A stretch of DNA of 64,000 bases from Squalus acanthias (lineage: Eukaryota): positions 15,936,001-16,000,000 of the forward strand of contig CM059432.1 in assembly GCA_030390025.1 (NCBI GenBank), written 5' to 3'. Shown one piece after another: positions 14,390 to 26,032 of the stretch. Every line of letters begins with the position of its first letter. Within the stretch, counting starts at the first letter, position 1. A program made the translations under genes and the position numbers. Below the pieces are notes generated by a model. That model saw only the letters and a list, made by a program, of their open reading frames with translations, ran no database searches and was not told the origin of the DNA.

Positions 14390-14655
14390 CTCCGCCATCG
14401 GCGGCCGTGTCTTCCGTTGCCAAGGCCCTAAGCTCTGGAATTCAATCCCTAAACCTCCTCCGCCTCTCTACCTCTCTTTCCTCCTTTAAGACGCACCTTA
14501 AAACCTACCTCTTTGACCGAGCTTTTGGTCACCTGCCCTGATATTTCCTTATGTGGCTCGGTGTCAAATTCCGTTCTGTAACGCTCCTGTGAAGCACCTT
14601 GGGACGTTTTACTATGTTAAAGGCGCTATATAAATACAAGTTGTTGTTGTTGTTG
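14390..14655 (+). mobile_element. L2 3' end
   Basis: LSSFKTHLKTYLF C-terminus, then aaggcgctatataaatacaag(ttg)n tail. Similar L2 pieces at about 41310-41660(-), 59850-60170, 61075-61410, 61720-62000. Confidence 0.82.
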
Positions 14656-14734
14656 GCTGTATAATATACGTTTTGTTCAACCTTCCAAGTTGGTGTCTGG
14701 TATTCTTTAATTGTTAAAACTTCTTTTCTTCCAG

Positions 14735-14957
14735 GTTCTGTTCCATGTAAATAACGGTGCTGGAAGAGTTACAGCCAGGTACGAACCCAAGGATTCAGGC
14801 CAGCTGTGCGATGGCAAGTGGCATAAACTTCGAGCCAATAAGAGCAAGCATCGTATTGCGCTGACTGTGGATGGAGTTACTGTGCAGGCTGATAATCCCT
14901 ATATTCAGTCAACCTCCGCAGACACTAATGACCCAATTTATGTGGGAGGCTATCCTG
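14735..14957 (+). CDS. LAMA1: Laminin alpha-1, penultimate exon (LG5)
   Basis: ttccag acceptor and gtaggt donor. VLFHVNNGAGRVTARYEPKDSGQLCDGKWHKLRANKSKHRIALTVDG...TNDPIYVGGYP; 223 nt. Confidence 0.95.
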
Positions 14958-16035
14958 GTAGGTATTGTTATTGTAGTCTGACTTCTGCATTGATGTGTTA
15001 GAACTAAAAATTGCACCTTATCCACTGCATGTTCCACTTCTTGAATCACTTTGCCAGTACATATTGCAGTAGTCCACATCTAGATCACAACCGTCACCAT
15101 TAGGGAAATATAAGGAGTGAGAATTCAAATTAAAAAGAACGAGACAGATCGCAAATCTGTTTTAAAAAATGAAAGTGCATTTATTTTTTGGGGTGACGTA
15201 CATCAAAACAGGCTAAATCTGTAAACCAAAATTAAATGAGTCTGACTCCAAGTGAATGAGACTTGGTGGGCCCAGGTTTTGTGTTGGTTACGCTCCATTT
15301 ATGGGGCGAAATGAACCAGAAAAAAGGGGCAGAGACCAGTAACGCCAGGTCTTCCACCCCTCTAGCATTGTCTCACACATTTCTGGTGGGATTGGAGGCA
15401 GGTGCGAGAAGCTTGAGCCTGATGCAGGAGGAGGCTTCAGAAGAGAGTGATGCAGAAGTATCGTTATGCTTTCCACATCTGTTGTCAGCCATTACACCAA
15501 TGCAATGCCACGTCTTAATCTCACCTGGGTCTGGCTCGGTTGCACCTTTATGTAAAAAGTTAGTTAAAGGGGCAGCCAGCAACTTACAAAAACAATTTAA
15601 ATTTATTTTTTTCAATTGTGAGAGAGGTTTTTTTTTAACCCATAACTGCATTGGTTCAGGGTCTTTGTAGGGTAGCTCTACAGTTAGTCGCTGTTACTCC
15701 CACCGTAGCCCTTCACACAATGGGTATCTCTGTGGGGAAACCCATTTTATGTGTCTTACTAGCGAGAGTATTAAATCTGCCAAAAATATGTTTAGTTAGT
15801 AAAGCAAAAAAAAAATTTTCCCCATAACTTTCACGTAAAATAGAAATAGCTGGTACAATCCTTATACAGTTTTCTCACTTTTTTGCCCCTCCTTTCTAGG
15901 AGACAGTTCTGTAGTGCCAGCAGAACATTGCTACAACATTCCTGTGTGAGGCTAGACAGTGAATGTTAACAGGCGATTCAAACCTTGGGAGGGGAGCATA
16001 GGCCAGGAAGATTGCAATCCTCACCCAATGTTTAT

Positions 16036-16876
16036 GGGGGTGATTTTCTCAGCCCCGAGGAGGCGGGTGTGGAGACGGGACTGCCGGGAAAATGGCAGAA
16101 TTTGGGGGCGGGTGGCAAACCCGCCCCCAACCCACCTCAATGCCATCTTTCCAGGAGGCGGGTAGCCGTCCCGCGCCGGGTCCCGTCTCCTTGGAGGCGG
16201 GAAGGGATTAAAGCCTATTAACTGCCTGTTAACAGATAGTTAACAGGCAGAAAATAGGATTATCCCCTTTTTGCCCTCACAAGTGCGGACATCCCGAAGG
16301 CTCCAAAACCCGCCACGTCAGCGAGGCGAGTAGGGGGGATCGGGGGTCGGGGGGTGCGAAAGTGTGCTGTGAAGGTAAGTGATGGGTGCAAGAGTGTAGA
16401 GGTGAGTATCTGAGGTAAGTCCTAAGTGTTTTGAAAAGTGTACTTACCTTTGTTTCTTCCTGCAGGCTTCAGTCGGTTTCTATACGGAGAGTCTCGCAGC
16501 TCTGTGTTGCAGATGAGAGATGTCCGTTGCATTCTCATAAGCAACAAACATCTCAATTCTGTAAAAGAAAGAAGGTTGATGAGGTCTTGAATGCAAGACC
16601 TCATCAAACTGCAGAGATTGTCACTGTTTGACAGCTTCACAGAGCTGTCAAACGATGACAATTCATCTGTCAATTTTTTGACAGATGACACGTCATACGT
16701 TGACGTGCTCTGCAACCGGCTTCCCCTTAATTGGCCTGCTAAGCCCGCTGGGTGGGCTTAACAAGGTCAATCAAGGGAAAATAGCGTGGATTGGCCACAA
16801 ATCGATGGAGTCGGGACATCGACCCGACAAGCAGCAGTCCCGCCTCCAACGCGCCCCCAGTCACAAAATCACCCCC
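16036..16876. mobile_element. Harbinger-like MITE
   Basis: Perfect TIR GGGGGTGATTTT / AAAATCACCCCC; internal similarity to 44374-45237; TSD not exact. Confidence 0.72.
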
Positions 16877-16916
16877 ACGATATGCGCTCTATCCAGCAAC
16901 GGATCCAGCACTGGAT

Positions 16917-17903
16917 AGAACATAAGAATATAAGAAATAGGAGCAGGAGTAGGCCATTTGGCCCTTTGAGCCTGCTCCACCATTCAATAAGATCATGGCT
17001 GATCTTCTACCTCATTTCCACTTTCCTGAACTATCCCCATATCCCTTGATTCCCCATATATTCAAAAATCTATCGATCTCTGTCTTGAATATACTCAATG
17101 ACTGAGCCTCCACAGCCCACTGGGATAGAGAATTCCAAAGATTCACCACCCTCTGAGTGAAGAAATTTCTCCTGATCTCAGTCCTAAATGGCCGACCCCT
17201 TATTCTGAGACTGTGACCCCTGGTTCTAGACTCCCCAGCCAGGGGAAACATCCTCCCAGCATCTACCCTGTCAAGCCCTGTAAGAATTTTATATGTTTCA
17301 ATGAGATCACACCTCATTCTTCTAAACTCTAGAGAATATAGGCCTAGTCTACTTAATCTCCCCTCATAGGACAATCCCCCCATCCCAGGAATCAGTCTGG
17401 TGAACCTTTGTTGCACTCCCTCTATGCAAGTATATCCTTCCTTAGGTAAGGAGGCCAAAACTGTATACAATACTCCAGGTGTGGTCTCACCAGGGCCCTA
17501 TATAATTGCAGTAAGACGTCTTTACTCTTATACTCAAATCCTCTTGTAATAAAGGCCAACATACCATTTGCTTTCCTAATTGCTTGCATGTTAACTTTCA
17601 GTGATTCATGTACAAGGACATCCAGGTCCCTCTGAACACCAACATTTTCCAATCTCTCACCATTTAAAAAAAATACCCTGCTTTACTATTTTTCCTACCA
17701 AAGTGGATAACTTCACATTTCTCCACATTATATTCCATTTGCCATGTTCTTGCCCACTCACTTAGTCTGTCTATATACCCTTGAAGCCTCCTTGCATCCT
17801 CCTCACAACTTACATTCCCACCCAGCTTTGTATCATCAGCACACTTGGATATATTACATTTGGTCCCCTAATCCAAATCATTGATGTAGATTGTGAATAG
17901 CTG
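16917..17903 (-). mobile_element. CR1 3' fragment
   Basis: CR1 ORF2 C-terminal peptides and (TTCTTATG/A)n tail. Confidence 0.88.
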
Positions 17904-18511
17904 ATAGTGACCAGTAGCAGGTACCTCTGAATGATTATTCTCCTTCCTAGCTCAGGGATCCCAAGGCCAATTGAGGTGCTTGTACTGTCACCTTGGCAGT
18001 AGCTGTACCTGTTCCTGGTCCTTTTTTTTTATTCGTTTCTGGGATGTGGGCGTCGTTGGCAAGGCCAGCATTTATTGCCGATCCCCAGTTGCCCTTGAGA
18101 AGGTGGTGGTGAGCTGCCGCCTTGAATCGCTGCAGTCCCTGTGGTGAAGGTACTCCCACAGTGCTGGTAGGGAGGGAGGTCCAGGATTCTGACCCAGCGA
18201 CGATGAAGGAACGGCGATGAACTTCCAAATCAGGATTGGAGGGGAACTGGGAGCTGGTGGTGATCCCTTGCGCCTGCTGCCCTTGTCCTTCTCTGTGGTA
18301 GAGGTCACGGGGACAGCACCTCCCAAATTATTCAATACACACTACCTAACTTTAAAAAAAAAAATTCAAAATTGTAACAAATTGTTTAAATATTAATTGT
18401 AACATTTACCCTGACTCACAAGCTTTAACTTGCCACATATTACATACATTGCTATGATTTTTCAGCCAATGAAACACATGTTAATAGGTGCACGTTTATC
18501 TGTTCACACAG

Positions 18512-18672
18512 CTAATGTGAAGCAGAATTGCCTGACCCTTCAGAAGCCATTCCAGGGCTGCATGAGGAACCTCAAGCTGACAAAAAACCAACAGACAGAG
18601 GCCTTTGACTTCAGCAGAGCCTTTGACCTCCGAGGAGTCTTCCCTCACTCCTGCCCTGGCAGCGAGCACTAG
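18512..18672 (+). CDS. LAMA1: Laminin alpha-1, terminal coding exon
   Basis: cacacag acceptor. (A)NVKQNCLTLQKPFQGCMRNLKLTKNQQTEAFDFSRAFDLRGVFPHSCPGSEH-stop; the FDFSRAF..GVF.HSCPG motif is typical of the alpha-1 C-terminus. Confidence 0.95.
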
Positions 18673-19082
18673 CCTCCAGGGATTGCCCTCCCTGCCAAGA
18701 GAATTTTATTAAAGCAACTGGAGCCATACCTGTATTGTATTAATCGCCCTCCTTGACTCAGGATAAATATGTGTTTTAAGCCAACAAAAATTGCTGTTTA
18801 TGACAAATGCTTAACTAAAAGATTTTGTACTGTACAACAATACCTCCATTAAAAAAAAAGCGTTAACGGCATCAGGATGAATATTTAATTTTTTTAATTT
18901 CAATCCATGTTTACAATTGATTTTCCTTGACAGTATTTACTGAAAAGTTAATCTTTGTTAGTTTTGACTATTTTAACATTTTTTGCAATTCAAATGCAAA
19001 CGTGATTCGATCCGAGTTCTGAAAGTGAAGTTGCTGACCCATTACCTGCCCTTCCAAACTGCGTGGTTAATTCTAAACCAAT

Positions 19083-19512
19083 AGCAAAATACTGCGGATG
19101 CTGGAAATCTGAAATAACAGAAAATGCTGGAAACGCTCAGCAGGCCAGGCAGCATCCGTGGAGAGAGAAACAGAGCACCTCATCTTTCGATTAGGCACTT
19201 TACAGCCTTCTGGACTCAACATTGAGTTCAACAATTTCAGACTATAACCTCTGCCCCTATTTTTTCACATGGCAGCTGTTGATGATTCTGCCATCCCCAT
19301 TTGCAACATTTAATCTCTCCTGCCTATCACAGACCGTCCCTTTTGTTCTTTCTTCCCCTTCCCCCCGCCCCTTTCCCTGCCTCTGCACCTACTTAAAATC
19401 TGTTACATCTCTAACTTTTTCCAGTTCCGACGAAGGGTCCCAGACCTGAAACGTTAACTCTGTTTCTCTCTCCACGGATGCTGCCTGACCTGCTGAGTGT
19501 TTCCAAGTGTTG
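19083..19512 (+). mobile_element. Penelope-like remnant (same family, internally deleted)
   Basis: Same inverted termini and a HLIFRLGTLQPSGLNIEFNNF fragment. A termini-only palindromic remnant lies at about 47429-47550. Confidence 0.82.
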
Positions 19513-20550
19513 AGTGTTACTTTTGGTTAATCCTAAAGTTGTTTCGAAAAACAACCCTGACAAGGAAAGAAGCCCTTCTGTCCCCTTCGGTGACTGACTT
19601 ACGATGTGACTGAATCCATCCACTAAGCCAGAATCAGCAAGGCCTGCGTTTATGGTAGTGCCTTACCGGATATCTCCGAAACATCTCAACCTTCAGTCTA
19701 ATCCCGATAATTTGAAGTTATTTTTCCACTTAAACAAAAGTCTGAATTATCCAGTAGTTTGAATTAGGCGATGGAAATAAACCAGCAAATTGGGAATCTA
19801 GTCCTTTAAAAAACAAAGTGAATTATCAGGTAATTCCGCTTGATACAAGTTTAGAGCAGACGGCAGTGAATTCGAAGTGCGGTGAATGTTATGTGGGCAA
19901 ACCTGGAAGCCATTTGCGCACAAACATTGTCACATAACTTTGCCGAAGGTGTAACAGATTGGTCAAATATTGGTTGTCGGGTTTGGTCTGATTTTTACAG
20001 AGTGACGGGAGTACCTGCAGGGTAAATTGGTCAAAAAAAGTCATAGCGTTGTACAATAAGATTTCATCCCCCTTTCATCTGTAGTGCTCTTGCTGCCAAT
20101 CCGCAGCGAACTAAAATCGCTTCTGCTTCCAGCCAAAGCTGACACAGTGCCCCAGAGCCCGAAGTACGTTGTAGCATCACAGTTACACATTGAGATGTCC
20201 CGTGCCGATTAGCATGAATCTGACTTTGTTGGACAGTAGCTAACGCACCTGAACGAGGTATGCACAGATGAGCTGCACTGGGTACACTGACTTGCGCCAA
20301 AATGCCACTGTGCATGTGCAGATGCATGTGTAAACCAGCATGTATGAACCTGCACAATGTCGCTGTATGTTTCAAAGGAATTCTCGATACCGTGAGTACA
20401 AATTGTTTGATGCAAGTGAGGCAACTTTATTTAACACTTGGACCGATCAAGGATTTATTAAAAGGCTAGGAGTTAATTGCCAATTATCCAAATGCTATAT
20501 AGCAGATCTAACCAAGCCAGGGGAGTTCTCTTAAGCCCTCCGTTAGCTGG

Positions 20551-20744
20551 TGTCGTAAGAATGAGCCTTACGCGTGGTGAACTTAAAGTAAGCTTTAATC
20601 AACTAAAAAGGTGCTACATACAAAAGAAGTCTTACTCTATGCCTCTCCAGGATCCAACTGATCAGTCCAGTATTTATCCTGGACTAATCACAGGAAGTGA
20701 TGCAATAAAGTTCGAGTCACAGGAAGCTGTATTGTGTTACCACA
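20551..20744 (-). repeat. 3' LTR of the Gypsy element (194 bp)
   Basis: Identical to 27185-27378 except for one A/G difference (caaaagaagt vs caaaagaggt). Confidence 0.97.
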
Positions 20745-20756
20745 TTCTCCCCCCCC
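20745..20756 (-). other. Polypurine tract
   Basis: GGGGGGGGAGAA on -, directly abutting the 3' LTR. Confidence 0.9.
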
Positions 20757-20762
20757 AAAAGA

Positions 20763-23645
20763 TTAGGAGGCCGGGATGCTCCCGCCATTTCGTAGCCGCT
20801 GGACGAGGGAGAGCCGCACCCGTTTGGGTTCTCGTAGCGGTAGAGGGCCCCTAGCCCGTTTACCCGCCACGGGCCGTGGACCAGAGTCCGAGTGATCCAG
20901 CCCGCTCTGTGAGGGGTCAGGACGATCCTGACTGTGTACTGGTACCCAAACGGGTGTCGGGCAGGGCTGTGGCAGATCCATTTCCGAGCGTACGGTACGG
21001 GGTGGATCGTGGCTGCGCGTGCGAGCCCCGACGGGCTCATAGTCAGTCTGCCCCAGGTCGGCACGCTGGAGTGAGGTACCAGCCAGCGTCAGATCCAGAT
21101 CGTGATGAGAGGCACCTGGCGAGCCCAGAGATGTGCCTGGTACAATATCATCCCCTGGTGTCCCTCTATGTTTCGGCGGGCAGGGAGCCAGATCCCGCAA
21201 TGACACGGTAGATTCCCGACCGTCAGGATACCGAATATAGGCGTAGGTAGGGTTGACGTCAGTGAGCTCAACTTCATCTACCAGGGGGTCATTCTTAGAT
21301 GCCCGGACATATCTTCGGAGTAGCACTGGTCCCGGTGTAGTCAGCCACGACGGGAGAGATATCCCATAGGATGAGCGACGCTGAAATCGGAAGAACCGTT
21401 CATGAGGCGTCGTATTTGTGGCGGTCGAAAGGAGGGACCGTGTGGAGTGTAATGCGTCTGGAAGTACTGCTTCCCATTGCTGGTTGGGTAGGCCCCGAGA
21501 TCTCAAAGCCAGACGTACCGCATTCCAGATGATAGCGTTAAAACGCTCGACTTGCCCATTCCCGACCGGATGATAAGGCGTCGTTCTGCTGGCAGCAATA
21601 CCCCGTTCCGAGAGATAGGCCTTGAGTTCTCCTGACATAAAAGAAGGGCCCCGATCCGAATGAACATAGGATGCCATGCCACAGAAAGCAAAAACCTGCT
21701 CAAGGCAGCTGATAACCGTGGTCGTCAGCATATTGGGGCAGGGAAAGGCAAACGGAAAACGGGAATACTCATCGACCATGGTCAACAGATAAGTGTTGCG
21801 AGTTGAAGAGGGCAACGGCCCCTTAAAATCGATGCTAAGCCGTTGCATTGGCTGGGTCGTATGTATGAGTATACCACCCGAGGGGCGGAAAAACTGAGGT
21901 TTCAATTCCGCACAGACTCTGCAGTCCGAGCACATCTTCTTTACATCCCCGGTAGAGAATGGGAGATTTCGGGACCGCACGAAGTGTAGCATGCGAGTAA
22001 CGCCCGGATGACACAACCCATCATGGATGTCTACGAGCATAGAGGGTGCCATGGCGGAGCAGAATGCTCGTGTGAGGGTATCCGGAGCCACATTCTCCTT
22101 GCCAGGTCGATAGTGGATGGTGTAACCAAAAGAGGCCAATTCCAGCCGCCAAAGCTGGATTTTATTATTTTTAATTTCGGTCCGTTTTCGATTATCGAGC
22201 ATGAAGGCGACCGAACGCTGGTCCGTGATTAAGGTAAAGTGCTGGCGAGCTAGGAGATGACTCCACTTCCGTACTGCCTCTATGATGGCTGTAGCTTCTT
22301 TCTCGACTGGAGGATAATGTAGCTCAGCCCCTTGAAAAGTCCTGGACAAAAATGCCACCGGACGACCTTCCTGATTCAGAGTGGCCGAGATCGCCACCTC
22401 CGAGGCATCACACTCAACAACAAAAGGAAGACTCTCATCGATGGAGTGAAGAGCCGCTTTCTCCAACTGTTTTTTCAGGAGGTTAAAGGCTGCAACAGCC
22501 GCTGTGTCTAGTGGGAATGTGCTGGCCTTCAGTAGAGGTTGGATTCGGTCCGAGAAGTTAGGAATCCATTTAGCATAGTATGCAAACAGGCCGAGGGCCC
22601 GGCGCAAGGAGGCCGGATTCTTAGGTGGCGGGAGTTCTTGGAGTGGGCGAAGCCTTTCAGGGTCAGGTTTAATGATGCCATTGCCCACACAATAGCCAAG
22701 GATGTTGATGGTTGGTTGTGACTCAATGGATTTAGCCGCATTTAATGTCAAATTACGGTGCTGGAGTGCATCCCAAAATCGTTGGAGATTGGCGTCATGT
22801 TCCTGCTGATTGCGACCTGCGACAGTAATATTGTCCAGATAAGGAAACGTATCCTTCAAGTCTTCCTGTTTGACCAGGTCATCCATTGCTCGCTGGAAGA
22901 CAGCCACTCCATTAGTGACCCCAAAGGGGAGGCGACGAAATTGATACAGCCGTCCATTGGCTTCAAAGGCCGTATACTGCTTGTCTGAGACCTTCAAGGG
23001 TACCTGATGATAGGCACTTTTCAGATCATATGTTGAGAACACCGTGTACTCAGCCAGTTTATTAACCATATCATCGATGCCCGGCAATGGGTATACGTCC
23101 AAGTCCGTATATTGATTGATGGTCTGTGAATAGTCAATGCACAGCCGTTTCTTGTGAGGTTGTAGAGGGTTCTTAACAATAACGACCTGGGCGCGCCATG
23201 GCGACGAACAAGGCTCGATGATATCCTCTGCTAAAAGCCGAGAAATCTCAGTCGCAATAAAAGACTGGTCTTCCTGACTGAAACGTCGTGACTTTGTTAT
23301 AATCGATTTGCATCGAGGAGGGATACTGGTAAACAGTGAGGGTTCATCCAGTGAAGCTGCTGACAATGCACAGAACGGTAATCGAGGTCGTATATTAGAA
23401 ATAGTGAGTTCAGGTTTGGATCCGCCGAACTCAATGGTGAGCTTCTTATGCTGCTTTTGAAAATCCAGCCCTAAGATAAGATCACTACATAAATCCTTGA
23501 GCACCGAAAGCCAGGTGGAGGGATACCTGTGACCATTAAGTGTTATTTCAACCATACAAAAGCCAGAAATTCTGGTATTAAGTGATGACTGAGCCATCGC
23601 AACTGCCTGGTCCGATGGGAAAACATGTAGCTTTAACTCTGCAAC
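20763..23645 (-). CDS. Gypsy pol (protease C-half, RT, RNase H, integrase)
   Basis: LILGLDF; DLKSAYHQV, LPFGV, YLDN; RNase H CDAS/EKE/TDQ/APD; integrase HHCC and D(SIDF)-D(HSDRG)-E(VERFN). No stops. Confidence 0.95.
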   Translation of the reverse strand, partial: VAELKLHVFPSDQAVAMAQSSLNTRISGFCMVEITLNGHRYPSTWLSVLKDLCSDLILGLDFQKQHKKLTIEFGGSKPELTISNIRPRLPFCALSAASLDEPSLFTSIPPRCKSIITKSRRFSQEDQSFIATEISRLLAEDIIEPCSSPWRAQVVIVKNPLQPHKKRLCIDYSQTINQYTDLDVYPLPGIDDMVNKLAEYTVFSTYDLKSAYHQVPLKVSDKQYTAFEANGRLYQFRRLPFGVTNGVAVFQRAMDDLVKQEDLKDTFPYLDNITVAGRNQQEHDANLQRFWDALQHRNLTLNAAKSIESQPTINILGYCVGNGIIKPDPERLRPLQELPPPKNPASLRRALGLFAYYAKWIPNFSDRIQPLLKASTFPLDTAAVAAFNLLKKQLEKAALHSIDESLPFVVECDASEVAISATLNQEGRPVAFLSRTFQGAELHYPPVEKEATAIIEAVRKWSHLLARQHFTLITDQRSVAFMLDNRKRTEIKNNKIQLWRLELASFGYTIHYRPGKENVAPDTLTRAFCSAMAPSMLVDIHDGLCHPGVTRMLHFVRSRNLPFSTGDVKKMCSDCRVCAELKPQFFRPSGGILIHTTQPMQRLSIDFKGPLPSSTRNTYLLTMVDEYSRFPFAFPCPNMLTTTVISCLEQVFAFCGMASYVHSDRGPSFMSGELKAYLSERGIAASRTTPYHPVGNGQVERFNAIIWNAVRLALRSRGLPNQQWEAVLPDALHSTRSLLSTATNTTPHERFFRFQRRSSYGISLPSWLTTPGPVLLRRYVRASKNDPLVDEVELTDVNPTYAYIRYPDGRESTVSLRDLAPCPPKHRGTPGDDIVPGTSLGSPGASHHDLDLTLAGTSLQRADLGQTDYEPVGARTRSHDPPRTVRSEMDLPQPCPTPVWVPVHSQDRPDPSQSGLDHSDSGPRPVAGKRARGPLPLREPKRVRLSLVQRLRNGGSIPAS

Positions 23646-26032
23646 AACTCGGGAACAGGCTATATTGGACTGGGTACTGTGCAATGAGAAGGGACTAATT
23701 AGTAATCTTGTTGTACGGGGACCCTTGGGTCAGAGCGATCATAACATGATCGATTTCTCACTCGAAATGGAGAGCGAAGAAATTGACTCAGAGACTCAGG
23801 TCCTGAATTTAAACAAGGGGAATTATGATGCCATTAGACGGGAACTGAGTAGGTCTGATTGGACAACGTTCCTGGGAGGACTGGAGGTAGATAAACAATG
23901 GCAAGCATTTAAAGATAGAATGACAAAATTGCAAAAATTGTTTATACCAATCTGGCATAAAAGGAAATCTAAAAAGGTGACTCAACCGTGGATAACAGGG
24001 GAAATTAGAGACAGCATAAAATCCAAAGATAGGGCGTATAAAATAGCCAAAAAACGCGCCAGAGCGGAAGATTGGGAACAGTTTAAGATAGAGCAAAGGA
24101 GGGCAAAGGGCTTAATCAAGAAGGGCAAAATAGCTTACGAAAGCAAGCTGGCGGAAAATATAAAAACTAACTCCAAAAGCTTTTATAAGTATATCAAGAG
24201 GAAAAGACTGGTGAAAACCAAAGTTGGTCCATTGCAGTCAGATACGGGGGAATATATAATGGGAAATAAGGAAATGGCAGACCAACTAAATGCATACTTT
24301 GGGTCAGTCTTTACGAAGGAAGACACAAAAAACCTCCCTGGGATATCGGGAAAAATAGGGACATTGGCAAAGGAGGAACTGACGCAAATCAATATCTCTA
24401 AGGATATGGTGTTAAGGAAGCTAAAGGGATTGAAGGCGGACAAATCCCCAGGGCCTGATAACATGCATCCTAGGGTACTGAAGGAGGTGGCCCTAGAGAT
24501 AGCGGATGCACTAAGCATGATTTTTCAGAATTCATTAGACTCGGGAACAGTGCCCATGGATTGGAGGGTAGCTAACGTTACCCCACTATTCAAAAAGGGG
24601 GGTAGGGAAAAAGCAGGTAATTACAGACCTGTAAGCCTTACATCAGTTGTGGGCAAAATGCTGGAGTCCATCATTAAGGATGAAATAGCCGAGCACTTAG
24701 CAAATGGGGACAGGATAGGACAGAGTCAACATGGATTTACAAAGGGTAAATCGTGCTTGACTAATCTATTGGAATTTTTTGAGGGAGTAACTGGTAAAAT
24801 AGATGGGGGAGAGCCAGTAGATGTGGTGTACCTGGACTTCCAAAAGGCCTTCGATAAGGTCCCACATAAAAGATTAGCATGGAAAATTGAAGCTCATGGG
24901 ATAAAGGGGAAAGTATTGACGTGGATAGAGAACTGGCTGTCAGATAGAAAACAGAGAGTTGGAATAAACGGCTCATTTTCTGAATGGCAGGCAGTAACAA
25001 GTGGGGTACCACAGGGATCTGTCCTGGGTCCCCAGCTGTTCACAATTTATATTAATGACCTGGATCAGGGAGTCGAATGCAGCATTTCCAAATTTGCAGA
25101 CGACACTAAACTAGGAGGGGGGGTGGGCTCAGAGGAGGAGACCAGGAAGCTCCAGAGCGATTTGGACAGACTGGGTGATTGGGCGGATAAATGGCAGATG
25201 CACTATAATGTGGACAAGTGCGAAGTTATCCACCTTGGGTGCAGGAACGGGAGGGCAAATTATTATTTAAATGGCAATAAATTGGGAGAGGGGGAAGTAC
25301 AGAGAGACCTGGGTGTTCTTGTACACCAGTCACTGAAGGCGAGCATGCAGGTGCAACAGGCGGTCAAGAAGGCAAACGGTATGCTGGCCTTCATAGCAAA
25401 AGGGTTGGAATACAGGAACAGGGATACCTTGCTGCAGCTGTACAGGGCACTGGTGAGACCACACCTCGAGTACTGTGTACAGTTTTGGTCGCCTCATCTG
25501 AGGAAAGATGTTCTTGCCATGGAGGGGGTGCAGCGGCGATTCACCAGGCTGATACCAGGAATGGCGGGATTGACCTATGAGGAGAGACTATGTAGTTTAG
25601 GGATGTACACACTGGAGTTTAGAAGATTGAGAGGGGACCTCATAGAAGTGTATAAAATTCTGACAGGTCTAGACAGATTAGATGCAGAAGGAATGTTTCC
25701 CTTGGCGGGTGAGAACAGAACTAGAGGACATAATTTAAGGATAAGGGCTAAACCATTTAGGACAGAAATGAGGGGGAATTTCTTCACTCAGAGAGTGGTG
25801 AACCTGTGGAACTCATTGCCACAGAGGGCAGTGTACGCCAGCTCATTAAATATATTTAAGAGGGAATTAGATATATTTCTACAGGCAAAAGGGGTTAAGG
25901 GTTACGGAGAGAAGGCGGGGACGGGATACTGAATTGAAGGATCAGCCATGATCTCATTAAATGGCGGAGCAGGCTCGAAGGGCCGGATGGCCTACTCCTG
26001 CTCCTATCTTCTATGTATCTATGTATCTATGT
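23646..26032 (+). mobile_element. 5'-truncated CR1 LINE nested in the Gypsy protease; open ORF2 fragment 23665-25932
   Basis: Endonuclease C-terminus (TREQAILD..SDHN), RT (GVPQGSVLGP, FADD), CR1 C-terminus and 3' UTR, ending in an (ATCTATGT)n tail. Confidence 0.96.

Noticed and set aside
20477..21211. Plus-strand ORFs over the LTR and pol 3' end (possible antisense or env gene)
   Set aside because: Short, no recognisable domain or transmembrane pattern; they are shadows of the LTR/pol sequence.
23646..23684. Supplied start of the 973-aa pol ORF (MHSTQSNIACSRV)
   Set aside because: These 13 codons are the antisense of the inserted CR1 5' end, not Gypsy sequence.
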